Shown: in pieces, positions 48,628-58,338 of the stretch
Layout of the letters: each line of letters starts with the position of its first letter
Numbering within the stretch: position 1 is the first letter of the stretch
Assembly (NCBI GenBank): GCA_963780185.1
Contig: CAWABA010000004.1
Coordinates: 32,001-96,000 of the forward strand
DNA: 64,000 nucleotides
Reading direction: 5' to 3'
Source: Candidatus Bathyarchaeota archaeon
GTDB taxonomy: Archaea > Thermoproteota > Bathyarchaeia > Bathyarchaeales > Bathycorpusculaceae
Made by a program: the position numbers and the translations under genes
Notes under the pieces: model-generated
Databases searched by the model: none
Told to the model about the DNA's origin: nothing
What the model saw: only the letters and a program-made list of their open reading frames with translations

Positions 48628-48782
48628 ACAGATCGTTAAACTCCAACTTTATTGTATTTTTCTTTTGAGCCAATTTTTGGTAGCGACTTGTTTTTGCTTG
48701 CGGGTGCCTCTGTTGCACGTAGTATGGGCATATTTGGATAAAGTTTAAAGGCATATACCCCCAGTATATACGATGAGAGTAT

Positions 48783-49040
48783 ATGCAAGAAACTTTAAAC
48801 CCGCCTGCACCTTCAAGCAGCCAAACGGTAATTACAGTAAAAATACCCGCAAAAATGAAAAAAGAAATGAAGAAAGCGGGTATTAACTGGAGTGAATACA
48901 TTCGGCAATGCATTCAAAAGAAAATCAATCAGCAGAAAATGAAAGAAGCATCCGATGAGCTCGATGAAATACGGAAAAGCACGAAGCCAACATCAACAGA
49001 AGAAATAGTAGCTTGGATTAGAGAAGACAGGGAGAGATAA
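48783..49040 (+). CDS. vapB: VapB-type ribbon-helix-helix antitoxin
   Basis: VITVKIP..MK, INWSEYIR..I, WIREDRER; GCATATAC...GTATATGC inverted repeat at its promoter. Confidence 0.85.
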   Translation: MQETLNPPAPSSSQTVITVKIPAKMKKEMKKAGINWSEYIRQCIQKKINQQKMKEASDELDEIRKSTKPTSTEEIVAWIREDRER

Positions 49041-49046
49041 AGTTCA

Positions 49047-49478
49047 ACGCTGCTTTACGTGCTAGATGCTAGCGTCGCAGTTAAATGGGTATTATCAGGC
49101 GAACCTTTAGAAGAAAACGCCACTAAGCTCAAGGCCGACCTAATGTCTGGAAATGCTGAACTATGTGCTCCTTCTTTCCTAATACAAGAAATAACAAATG
49201 CAATTTGGCGTGCTATTAAACTGAGAAGAATCACTCCTGAAAAAGCAGAAAGAGCCCTAATACGACTTGACGATTTAGCGATTACTTTTTATGATTTTAA
49301 CTGGAAAGACGCCTGTGAAGAATTGGTTATAGCGACAGAGCTAGACTTGACAATTTACGATGCCGCATATATTTTCCTTTCCAGAAAACTAAATGCCAAA
49401 CTAATTACGGCTGACGAAAAAATGTACCAAAAAGCAAAAAGCACTTTTCACGTACTTCACCTTAAAGATTACCTGTAA
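49047..49478 (+). CDS. vapC: VapC PIN-domain toxin; start may be ACG 49047 rather than GTG 49059
   Basis: (M)LLYVLDASVAVKW, QEITNAIW, LTIYDAAY, LITADE. Confidence 0.85.
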   Translation, partial: TLLYVLDASVAVKWVLSGEPLEENATKLKADLMSGNAELCAPSFLIQEITNAIWRAIKLRRITPEKAERALIRLDDLAITFYDFNWKDACEELVIATELDLTIYDAAYIFLSRKLNAKLITADEKMYQKAKSTFHVLHLKDYL

Positions 49479-49540
49479 AGCCTTATTTCTGGTTTTTAAA
49501 TTTATTACTTAGTTGTTACCTTGATAGTGAGAGTTTAGCC

Positions 49541-51346
49541 ATGACGAGAATCGCTGTCCTCAACCAAGACAAATGCAAAGTCAAAAAATGCAACCAAGTC
49601 TGCGTAAGCTTCTGCCCAATGGTTCGCAGCAGAGTAGAAGCCATAAGGATAGAAGGAAACAAAGCACTCATATCCGAGGCTCTTTGCAGCGGCTGCGGAA
49701 TCTGCGTCAAAAAATGCCCCTTCAAAGCCATCAGCATCGTCAACCTACCCGACGAGCTGGAGAAAGATTGCAGCCACCGCTTCAGCGAAAACAGCTTCAA
49801 ACTTTTCCGTCTACCCATGCCTTCACCTGGCACAGTGCTGGGTTTACTTGGACAAAACGGCATCGGCAAAACTACGGCGCTTAAGGTTTTTGCAGGCGAA
49901 ATCAAACCCAACTTCGGCAGGTTCATTGACCCGCCTGATTGGTCAGAGATTATTCAGCATTATCGGGGTTCCAGCCTTCAAGATTATTTTCAGAAAATGA
50001 GTGAGAAAAAGCTCAAGGTTAGCAGTAAACCGCAGTACGTTGATAAAATTCCGAAGGCGGTCGCTGGGAAAGTCGGCGATTTGCTGGAAAAGGTTGATGA
50101 GAGAAAACAGTTAAACGCGATTGCCGAAGAGCTTGAGCTAACAAAGGTGTGGGATAGACCGTTAGATGTGCTTAGCGGCGGGGAACTTCAGCGTGTTGCG
50201 GTTGCCGCTGCGCTTAGCCGTGAGGCGGATGTTTACCTTTTTGATGAGCCGTCAAGCTACTTGGATGTGAAGCAGAGGCTTGTGGTGGCGAGGGCGATAC
50301 GCAGCCTCAAGGAGCAGCAGAAAACAATCGTTGTAGCTGAACACGACTTAGCCATAATCGACTACCTCTCAGACCAAATCTGCCTCTTCTACGGTGAACC
50401 AGCCGTCTACGGAGTGGTTTCCCACACGCATGGCGTCCGAACAGGCATTAACATTTACTTGCAAGGTTACATCCCAGACGAAAACATAATGTTCCGTAAA
50501 GAAGCGATCGTTTTCCATGAGAAGCCGCCGACTGCAGGGTCAAACGTTGGGGAACCCATCTTAAAATGGGACAACATGGAGAAATCCTTCAATGAATTCA
50601 AACTTTTCATAGAACCTGGCGAAATCAGAGTCGGCGAAATCGTTGGCATTCTAGGTCCAAACGGCATCGGAAAAACCACGTTTGTAAAGATTCTTGCTGG
50701 CGTTGAGGAAACGGATGACAAACGGAAGCTTGGCGAGTTAACGGTAAGCTACAAACCCCAGTATATAGCACCCGACTACGCAGGCTCGGTTCAAGAACTG
50801 CTGATGAGTGTTGCTAAAGAGAACTTTACGTCAAGCTGGTACAAAACCGAGGTTGCTCAGCCTCTGAGGCTTCAGGTTTTGATGGATAAGAACGTGATGG
50901 AGCTCAGCGGTGGAGAGCTGCAAAAAGTCGCCATCGCCGCCTGCCTCAGCCGCAAAGCTGACCTGTTTCTGCTTGACGAGCCAAGCGCCTACTTAGATGT
51001 TGAAGAACGCTTAAACATGGCTAAGACACTTCGGCGGGTTGTTGAAGCACACGGCATCCCAGCCTTCGTGGTTGAGCATGACGTTGTAACCCAGGACTTC
51101 ATCGCCGACCGATTAATGGTCTTCAACGGTGAGCCTGGAATAAGCGGTACTGCTCATCCGCCCACAAGCCTGAGGAAAGGCATGAACACGTTTCTTAAAG
51201 AAATGGACATAACCTTCCGCAGAGACTCAATCACTTTCCGCCCCCGAGTAAACAAGGAAGATTCCCAGATGGATAAGTTCCAAAAAGGCATAGGCGAATA
51301 CTACTACACCAAAACAACCAAACCCGAAGCCCCACCCAAAAAGTAG
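49541..51346 (+). CDS. rli: Ribosome recycling ATPase ABCE1/Rli1
   Basis: N-terminal Fe-S Cys motifs (CSGCGICVKKCPF), two ABC domains, FRRD...RPRVNK. Confidence 0.98.
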   Translation: MTRIAVLNQDKCKVKKCNQVCVSFCPMVRSRVEAIRIEGNKALISEALCSGCGICVKKCPFKAISIVNLPDELEKDCSHRFSENSFKLFRLPMPSPGTVLGLLGQNGIGKTTALKVFAGEIKPNFGRFIDPPDWSEIIQHYRGSSLQDYFQKMSEKKLKVSSKPQYVDKIPKAVAGKVGDLLEKVDERKQLNAIAEELELTKVWDRPLDVLSGGELQRVAVAAALSREADVYLFDEPSSYLDVKQRLVVARAIRSLKEQQKTIVVAEHDLAIIDYLSDQICLFYGEPAVYGVVSHTHGVRTGINIYLQGYIPDENIMFRKEAIVFHEKPPTAGSNVGEPILKWDNMEKSFNEFKLFIEPGEIRVGEIVGILGPNGIGKTTFVKILAGVEETDDKRKLGELTVSYKPQYIAPDYAGSVQELLMSVAKENFTSSWYKTEVAQPLRLQVLMDKNVMELSGGELQKVAIAACLSRKADLFLLDEPSAYLDVEERLNMAKTLRRVVEAHGIPAFVVEHDVVTQDFIADRLMVFNGEPGISGTAHPPTSLRKGMNTFLKEMDITFRRDSITFRPRVNKEDSQMDKFQKGIGEYYYTKTTKPEAPPKK

Positions 51347-51576
51347 CCAACGCCCCAATTTACTCGCCAATTAAAGCCAAAGTCTTCCTAAAGCGGGTAA
51401 CGCGTGAAATAGGGTTTATTTTACATTTTTAAGGCAAAAAGAACCATTTCCCAGCAGCAGCGCCCTGTCAAAAGCAAAGGTTTTCTTCTCTGGGTGCAGT
51501 TAACTTAAAAAACAAGCAGCAAATATACTAAGCACTCTACAGGGAGATAACAGGGAAAAAGTGGGGTAAGCAGCAA

Positions 51577-53202
51577 GTGGCTCAAGCAACCTTCGAAGAG
51601 ATTTCCGCCAGTGACTTTTTTTACAGAAACAGAGACATCGCTGGCTTCACCAACCCATCCAGAGCCATATTCGCAGCAATCCGAGAGCTAGTTGAAAACT
51701 CTTTAGATGCCGCGGAAAGCCAAAAAATCCCTCCTGAAATCTATGTGCGCCTCTCCTTTGAGGGAGAAGCCAGCAAAGACACCCAAATTTACAAGCTGCG
51801 CGTGGAAGATAACGGCAGCGGAATCCAGCCTCGCTTTATACCGTCGGCTTTTGGGCAAGTGCTTTTCGGCAGCAAGTACAAGCTCAAGCAGATGCGTGGG
51901 ACGTTCGGTTTAGGCGGCAAGATGGCTGTCCTCTACGGGCAAATCACTACACACCAGCCAGCGTTCGTTACTTCCAGCACGGGTCAAGCGAAAATTTACA
52001 GCTTCAAGTTGATGATTGATATTCAAAGGAACCGCCCGATAATTCTTGACCGCAAAGTCCTAATCAACAAGGATAACTGGCGTGGAACTATCGTTGAGTT
52101 CTCTTTGGAAGGCGACTACCTGAGGGCGATGCCTAAAATCCTCGATTACTTCAAACAAACAGCCATGGTCAACCCCTACGCCAACCTGACTTTTGTCGAC
52201 CCCAAAGGAAGGCTATACAAGTTTACCCGCGCAACCACCGAGATGCCGGAGCCCCCGAAAGAAACGTTGCCTCACCCCTACGGCGTAGACGTGGAGCTGT
52301 TGCAGCGTCTCATAACTATTACGCCTTACAATAACATGACTGATTTCTTGACGGGACACTTTCACCGTGTCGGCGCCATTACAGCGCTTAAATTCTTGAT
52401 CTTTAGCGATTTAATAACGTTCACATGCGCGGAGCATGGCAAAATTCCAAGTGTCCAGATAAAATTGGTTGACAACAAACCCGTCTGCCCCACTTGCGGC
52501 AAGGAAACGACGTCAACCACAAAGAACCCCAAACGCCTATCCCACGAAGAAATCGTGCGTCTAATGCAGAACCTCAAGAAATACAAGGAATTCCTGCCGC
52601 CTGACGCCAGCTGCCTTTCACCACTGGGCGAGGAGCTGCTGAAAGCAGGCGTTCAAAAAGAGCTAAACCCTGAGTACCTTGTCGTGGACCAACGCAAGCC
52701 ATCCACTTATGCGGGTCACCCCTTCATTGTTGAAATGGCCATAGCCTACGGCGGCGGAGTGCCAAAGAGAGGCAGCTTCGTGATTTACCGTTTCGCAAAC
52801 AAAATCCCCTTGTTGTACGATGAGGCAAGCGACGTTTCTTACCGTGTTATCTCAGCCATGAACTGGCGCCGCTACAAAGTCGCGCCGGATATGCCTATCG
52901 CCATCGTTATTCACATTTGCAGCACAAAAGTGCCCTACAAGACGGTTGGAAAAGAATTCATCGCTGACCGCCCTGAAGTCCGTCGTGAAGAAGCAAACGC
53001 GATCCGCGAGGTTGCCCGTCAACTGCAACATTTCCTTTCACGTCAAGAGCACGTGCACATGGAGAAGAAGCGGCTGGGAATCTTCAGCAAATACCTGCCT
53101 AAAATCGCCCAGTTCTCAGCAACTTTAGCTGGGCAAGAACGTGTTCCTGACATAGATAAATTGTTAAAGAGTGTACAGAAGTATGGCGCAGAAGAAAGCT
53201 AA
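51577..53202 (+). CDS. top6B: DNA topoisomerase VI subunit B
   Basis: ELVENSLDA, DNGSG, RGTFGLG, PHPYG, RFANKIPL, VPYKTVGKE. Confidence 0.98.
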   Translation: MAQATFEEISASDFFYRNRDIAGFTNPSRAIFAAIRELVENSLDAAESQKIPPEIYVRLSFEGEASKDTQIYKLRVEDNGSGIQPRFIPSAFGQVLFGSKYKLKQMRGTFGLGGKMAVLYGQITTHQPAFVTSSTGQAKIYSFKLMIDIQRNRPIILDRKVLINKDNWRGTIVEFSLEGDYLRAMPKILDYFKQTAMVNPYANLTFVDPKGRLYKFTRATTEMPEPPKETLPHPYGVDVELLQRLITITPYNNMTDFLTGHFHRVGAITALKFLIFSDLITFTCAEHGKIPSVQIKLVDNKPVCPTCGKETTSTTKNPKRLSHEEIVRLMQNLKKYKEFLPPDASCLSPLGEELLKAGVQKELNPEYLVVDQRKPSTYAGHPFIVEMAIAYGGGVPKRGSFVIYRFANKIPLLYDEASDVSYRVISAMNWRRYKVAPDMPIAIVIHICSTKVPYKTVGKEFIADRPEVRREEANAIREVARQLQHFLSRQEHVHMEKKRLGIFSKYLPKIAQFSATLAGQERVPDIDKLLKSVQKYGAEES

Positions 53203-54283
53203 GATTATTGAGAGAAGAAACGAAGTTCTTGCCGGTTTACAAAAGTTCGGTGCTAAAATGTACAGTCAGTTGGATCAAGGTGTTTTTCCAACCATTGACA
53301 TGCCTAGCCGCGGAACCGACAACATCATGTATGATGCGGCTCTTCGTCAATACATCCTTGGCGAAAGAAACGTCAGTCGAAGCGCCCGAAACATACGCCA
53401 CATTAAACCGTTCACTCAGCTGGCGTGGGCAGCCATGTTCAGCAACGAACTTACCAGCCAACGCAAAACCAGCACCCTAAGAGACGTCTACTACTCCGCG
53501 CAGGCTTACGAGATGACATTCACGGACCAGCAGGAATCCAACAACATCATCACCGACCTGGAAACCTTAACTGGTTTTGCCCGAGAAGACTTTCATATTT
53601 TCCCTGAAGAACGCAGCGCCATCTTCGGCGACTTAGACATTGGCTACACAGTACCCGGCTACGAAGGAAAAACCCTGAATTTAACCAGCCACCCCGACGG
53701 CGTCTTGATTGGCCCCGCTTTGACTTCATCCGAACTGATCCACACGAGAGCCGACAAGGTAATCGCCATCGAAAAAGGCGCCCTTTTCACAAGATTCATC
53801 GAAGAAAACGTACACAACAAGCACCATGCTCTGTTGATTTCGTGCGGTGGACAAGCGCCAAGGCAAACCCGAAGCTTCATTCGGCGACTCCACGACGAAC
53901 TTAACCTGCCAGTCTACATCCTAACCGACGGCGACCCATGGGGAATGCACATTGCACAAGTCATCATTTCAGGTTCAGCCAACGCTGCCCACTTAAGAGA
54001 GCTTAACACTCCTGACGCGGTTTGGAGCGGAGTTTGGGCAAGCGACATAGTTGAATACAAGCTGCCGACTGACCCGCTGGATGAAGTAGACATAAAACGC
54101 CTGTACGAGCTACAGAAAGACCCCAGATACCAGAATGACCCTCTTTGGCAGAGAGAAATCAAGCTTTTCCTAAAAATAAAGCGCAAGGCAGAGCAAGAGG
54201 CTTTCAGCCGCTACGGATTGACCTACATAGTTGACGAGTATTTACCGACGAAGCTTGAAGCCAAAAGTGAAAAGAAAAAATAG
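53183..54283 (+). CDS. top6A: DNA topoisomerase VI subunit A
   Basis: STLRDVYY, QQES, IEK, GQAPR, TDGDPWG, KAEQEA. Confidence 0.98.
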   Translation: MAQKKAKIIERRNEVLAGLQKFGAKMYSQLDQGVFPTIDMPSRGTDNIMYDAALRQYILGERNVSRSARNIRHIKPFTQLAWAAMFSNELTSQRKTSTLRDVYYSAQAYEMTFTDQQESNNIITDLETLTGFAREDFHIFPEERSAIFGDLDIGYTVPGYEGKTLNLTSHPDGVLIGPALTSSELIHTRADKVIAIEKGALFTRFIEENVHNKHHALLISCGGQAPRQTRSFIRRLHDELNLPVYILTDGDPWGMHIAQVIISGSANAAHLRELNTPDAVWSGVWASDIVEYKLPTDPLDEVDIKRLYELQKDPRYQNDPLWQREIKLFLKIKRKAEQEAFSRYGLTYIVDEYLPTKLEAKSEKKK

Positions 54284-54460
54284 GTAGGCAACTAAGAAAC
54301 CCTCTTTTTTGGTTTTCGCCTTTCTATCGAGTTTACATCATTAGCGCTTCCATTAAGTCGCCTGTTGAGGGAGACGAAATGGGTGGGAAGAACAAATAAT
54401 TTAAAATACCCCTCTTGTTTAATGTAGCCATTAACACGGAGAAGTAGGGCGCAAACAACT

Positions 54461-54664
54461 ATGAGTGAACAAGGCGACACATTCTGGGTATCGCTTGCCG
54501 AAAAATTCTTCGGCTTGATAGTAATAGTAATCGGCGGAGTACTGCTCTACTTGACAGCTACAAGCACCAGCCAACTTGGGCAGTTCAGCCTGTTTTTCGG
54601 GGTAATAAGCGCAATTTTGCTTGCCATCGGCTTGTTTATGCTGCTTGTTAGACCTTCAGAATAG
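54461..54664 (+). CDS. Small two-helix membrane protein
   Basis: 67 aa with two hydrophobic helices. Confidence 0.65.
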   Translation: MSEQGDTFWVSLAEKFFGLIVIVIGGVLLYLTATSTSQLGQFSLFFGVISAILLAIGLFMLLVRPSE

Positions 54665-54807
54665 CATATTTCACCATTATTTCTTCAGTTAAAACTCCAC
54701 GTGCGGGCAAATCTAAGCTTGACGGCTTTTGCTTCAGTTTCCAGCATTCATTTATAAACTATAAAAACATTAAACTCATGGATAATTTGTAACGGAAGCG
54801 AAAAACA

Positions 54808-56595
54808 ATGCCCACACGCCAACCCATTGTATGTGTCTTAGGACACGTAGACGCAGGCAAAACCTCACTTCTTGACGAACTACGAAAAACCAGCGTGCAA
54901 GCCCGAGAAGCCGGAGGAATGACCCAGCACATCGGCGCAAGCTTCTTCCCCGTTGAAACACTCAAACAGCTCATCGGGCCGCTGCTGTCTAACTTCAAAA
55001 GTGGCATTGAGATTCCGGGGTTGCTGATTGTTGATACGCCTGGGCATGAAGCTTTCACGAATCTGAGGCGTAGAGGCGGAAGCGTAGCCGACATCGCCAT
55101 CTTAGTTGTTGATGTTTTGCGGGGTTTTGAGGCGCAAACCTACGAATGTATAGAAATCCTAAAGGCACGTAAAACACCGTTCCTCGTAGCCGTCAACAAG
55201 ATTGACCGTGTTCCCGGTTGGAAGCCGCAGCAGTCGATGCCTTTTTTGCAGTCCTACGCGTCCCAATCGAGCTTTGTTCGTGAGGAATTGGATAACCGTC
55301 TGTACAATATTATGGGTTTGTTTAGTCGGCAAGGTTTCAAAACCGACCGCTTTGACCACATCCGAGACTTCACAGTAAACGTGGCTTTGGTGCCGACCAG
55401 CGCCAAAACAGGCGAAGGCCTATCCGAGCTAGTTATGGTTCTGGTTGGGTTAAGCCAGCAGTTCCTTAAGAAACGGTTGCAGACCACTGAAGGCGCAGCT
55501 AAAGGCTCCGTTCTCGAAGTAAAAGAGGAACCAGGCTTAGGCTTAACGCTAAACACGATTATTTACGACGGCACCCTGCATAGAGATGACTTGATCGTTG
55601 TCGGCGGACGCAACGGACCGATTTCTGCTCGCGTACGGGCGATTTTGGTGCCGAAACCACTGGATGAAATGAGGGATCCCCGAGACAAATTCACGCCAGT
55701 AGAATGCGTTTTTGCCAGCGCAGGAGTAAAAATTGTTGCACCCGATTTGGATGGAGCTTTGGCTGGTGCGCCCCTGTTTGCAGTGCCCACAGGCGAAGAC
55801 CCTGCAAAGTACGCTAAACTTATCACTGAAGAAATAGGCAGAATCCGAATTGCCAAAGAGATTGAAGGCGTCATCGTTAAAGCTGACACGCTGGGTTCAT
55901 TGGAGGCAATGGCTGAGATTTTGAAGGCAAACAACGTGCAAGTGCGTATTGCCGACGTCGGCGACATCAGCAAACGTGACGTAATCGAAGCATCAGTAGT
56001 GAAGACCCGTGAGCCACTGGTGGGCGCAATCTTGGCTTTTGGCGTAAAAACCTTACCTGACGCCGCGGAAGAAGCAGCAGCTAACGGCGTCCCAATCTTC
56101 AACCAACCCATCATCTACAACCTCATAGACGCGTATCTGCAGTGGGCTAAAAACAAACGTGAAACGAAGAGTGAAGCTGAATTTGAAGCGTTGGTTAAGC
56201 CGGGCAAAGTTACGGTTTTGCCTAACTGCATTTTCCACAGGGCCAAACCATTGGTCGTGGGTGTGGAAGTGCTGGCTGGACGGTTAAAGCCGAAGTATGG
56301 GCTTATGCGCAAAGAAGACGGAAGCGACCTAGGCGAGGTTGACCAGATTCAGGACCAAGGCAAAGCAGTAGCCGAAGCTAAGGTAGGAATGCAGGTGGCG
56401 ATTTCAATGGACAAACCCATTGCAGGCAGGCACGTTTTCGAAAAAGACGTGTTATACGTGAAGGTGCCCGAGAAAGACGCACAGGCGCTGTTGACGACGC
56501 ATGCCGATGATTTGACGGCTGACGAGCAAGAACTGCTCAAAGAATACGTCAATTTGATGCGCAAAAAGATTCCCTTCTGGGCAGGCGTCATGTAA
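54808..56595 (+). CDS. infB: Translation initiation factor aIF5B (IF-2)
   Basis: RQPIVCVLGHVDAGKT, EAGGMTQHIGA, DTPGHEAF, NKID, DTLGSLEA. Confidence 0.98.
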   Translation: MPTRQPIVCVLGHVDAGKTSLLDELRKTSVQAREAGGMTQHIGASFFPVETLKQLIGPLLSNFKSGIEIPGLLIVDTPGHEAFTNLRRRGGSVADIAILVVDVLRGFEAQTYECIEILKARKTPFLVAVNKIDRVPGWKPQQSMPFLQSYASQSSFVREELDNRLYNIMGLFSRQGFKTDRFDHIRDFTVNVALVPTSAKTGEGLSELVMVLVGLSQQFLKKRLQTTEGAAKGSVLEVKEEPGLGLTLNTIIYDGTLHRDDLIVVGGRNGPISARVRAILVPKPLDEMRDPRDKFTPVECVFASAGVKIVAPDLDGALAGAPLFAVPTGEDPAKYAKLITEEIGRIRIAKEIEGVIVKADTLGSLEAMAEILKANNVQVRIADVGDISKRDVIEASVVKTREPLVGAILAFGVKTLPDAAEEAAANGVPIFNQPIIYNLIDAYLQWAKNKRETKSEAEFEALVKPGKVTVLPNCIFHRAKPLVVGVEVLAGRLKPKYGLMRKEDGSDLGEVDQIQDQGKAVAEAKVGMQVAISMDKPIAGRHVFEKDVLYVKVPEKDAQALLTTHADDLTADEQELLKEYVNLMRKKIPFWAGVM

Positions 56596-56635
56596 AGGCG
56601 AACCGTTCTTGATTTAGCTTTGAAAAGGTATTCAG

Positions 56636-57154
56636 TTATTTTTTGAAGAATTTTTTGAGCACCAAGTCTAGATTGAAGAGGTAGTCTTCTTCTGGTCTAA
56701 GGTACGTTTGAACCAGCAACAAAGCCCGTTCTCTGATTTGGTCTTCTGAAACCTGTCCCTTGTTGATGCAGGTTTCTATGTCTTGCATATCTCTCGCGTT
56801 TAGTCTGCCAATTTTTGTTACGATTATGTCGAGCGGTTGAAGGGCTCTGAGCGATATGCGGCTAAAATCTTTTATTTTGATGCTCCGTTCCAAGTAATCG
56901 CTCGGTAGTGTCTGGCAGAAAATACGTCCATCTATCCATCGGTCGACTTTGTAGCCGGGTGGATTGTTTTTCAGAGCTAGCTCAAAGTATATCATGTCGC
57001 TGCTTGGAATTGTGAAGTCAATATCCAATGTAGAGGGCTTTAGGTCAAGCAGAGTCATTGCTGTCCCGCCTACAGCAACAAGAGTGATCTTCTTGGTCAG
57101 GTCCTCGTCTAACACGCTTAGAAAATCGAAGAGCGCAGTTTTGTCACAGGGCAT
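56636..57154 (-). CDS. DUF6036/AbiEii-like nucleotidyltransferase
   Basis: VGGTAM...K.ST.DID, D..VTK..R...RD..DI. Confidence 0.8.
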   Translation of the reverse strand: MPCDKTALFDFLSVLDEDLTKKITLVAVGGTAMTLLDLKPSTLDIDFTIPSSDMIYFELALKNNPPGYKVDRWIDGRIFCQTLPSDYLERSIKIKDFSRISLRALQPLDIIVTKIGRLNARDMQDIETCINKGQVSEDQIRERALLLVQTYLRPEEDYLFNLDLVLKKFFKK

Positions 57155-58196
57155 TGTATAGCTCCAACTTTTGTCTTATGCTTGATTCATCTGCAGGAAG
57201 TTCTTTTTGATCAATAGCCTCTAAAAACTTGATGGTTCTGTCAATTTCTGGTTTTGAAATGGTTTGCCTTAATATTTTTAGTATCCCGAGCAATCTTGAC
57301 GACGTCAGGTACTTTTGGCTCAAGAAAAACAGGAGGTTGCTGTTGAAATTGTTTTTTGCAAGAATAACTGCTGCGGCGTCTATTCCTCGTGCCTCTTCTC
57401 TGAGAAGCAAAGAGACAGTAATGTATTCAACACAGATTTTTCTTCCTTGAGCAAAAATGGCGCCGAACTCGCTGTACCCAAATCTATTGAGATTAAACGT
57501 CAAGTCTGAATCAGAGATGTTAAGGAGTTTTGTTTCCGAGCTAATAGTTCGAATTTGGTTTTTTTGAGCGATTTCCTTAATCTCGCTCCAGAATGCTTGA
57601 GGATTATAGAGAGCAATTTGTTTGCTTAAAGCTTCTCTAACTGGATTAATTTCATCCGACGTTAATAGATCATAAAAATCGCGCTTGTCAAGAATTAAGT
57701 TGTTGATTTTGAGGTTATTTTTCTTCTGCAGGTTTTGCATTTCTTTACAGAGCGCAATGGTCTGTTTTGGAAAATCAGTTGTTTCGCGAAGCAGAAAGAG
57801 CAATTCAATTCGGTTAGCTTTTATGTTCCTTAATGGATTGAATGCAATAATTGATTTTACGGAGCCCCTTTCAGTCAAGAATTTATCCATTTCAATAAAG
57901 AAGGAGTAAAGGTTGGTTCTCTTGGACAGAAACTCCAATTTCTTTTCTATTTCCATTTCGGCTAACGTGTCGATTAGAAGGTAATTTTGAAAATCCAGGC
58001 TAATGCTCGAGGACCTGCCTATCGGCTCTATATCGAGTAAGCCTTCGCTTTTCAGTTTCTGCAATTTTTTATAAATATTTGCGTAATAGGCTGATCCGTA
58101 GTTGTCCTTGATTTTTTCAGTGAGTTGGTTGATTGATAAAGAATCACCTATGCTCGATGATATTGTTTCTAAGATTCGAAGTGTAGGTGTATCCAT
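57144..58196 (-). CDS. Winged-helix protein with a degenerate nucleotidyltransferase-like domain and a helical C-terminal domain
   Basis: SINQLTEKI...YANIYKKLQKL..EGLL; IELLFL; coupled to the downstream nucleotidyltransferase; AT-rich. Confidence 0.7.
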   Translation of the reverse strand: MDTPTLRILETISSSIGDSLSINQLTEKIKDNYGSAYYANIYKKLQKLKSEGLLDIEPIGRSSSISLDFQNYLLIDTLAEMEIEKKLEFLSKRTNLYSFFIEMDKFLTERGSVKSIIAFNPLRNIKANRIELLFLLRETTDFPKQTIALCKEMQNLQKKNNLKINNLILDKRDFYDLLTSDEINPVREALSKQIALYNPQAFWSEIKEIAQKNQIRTISSETKLLNISDSDLTFNLNRFGYSEFGAIFAQGRKICVEYITVSLLLREEARGIDAAAVILAKNNFNSNLLFFLSQKYLTSSRLLGILKILRQTISKPEIDRTIKFLEAIDQKELPADESSIRQKLELYNAL

Positions 58197-58338
58197 TCTA
58201 ATGTTTTCTTCCCACCGCCATTATAGCAAATTCAATATATATTAAATTTACTATAACATCATAGCATTTTTACTATAATTTAAGCCAAAATTGGTTTAAG
58301 AGACGTCGGGTGAGATATTAAATTAACCAATGATGCGG

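Noticed and set aside
52411-52524. Intein in top6B
   Set aside because: Too short and lacks the C-terminal His-Asn splice motif; it looks like a zinc ribbon.
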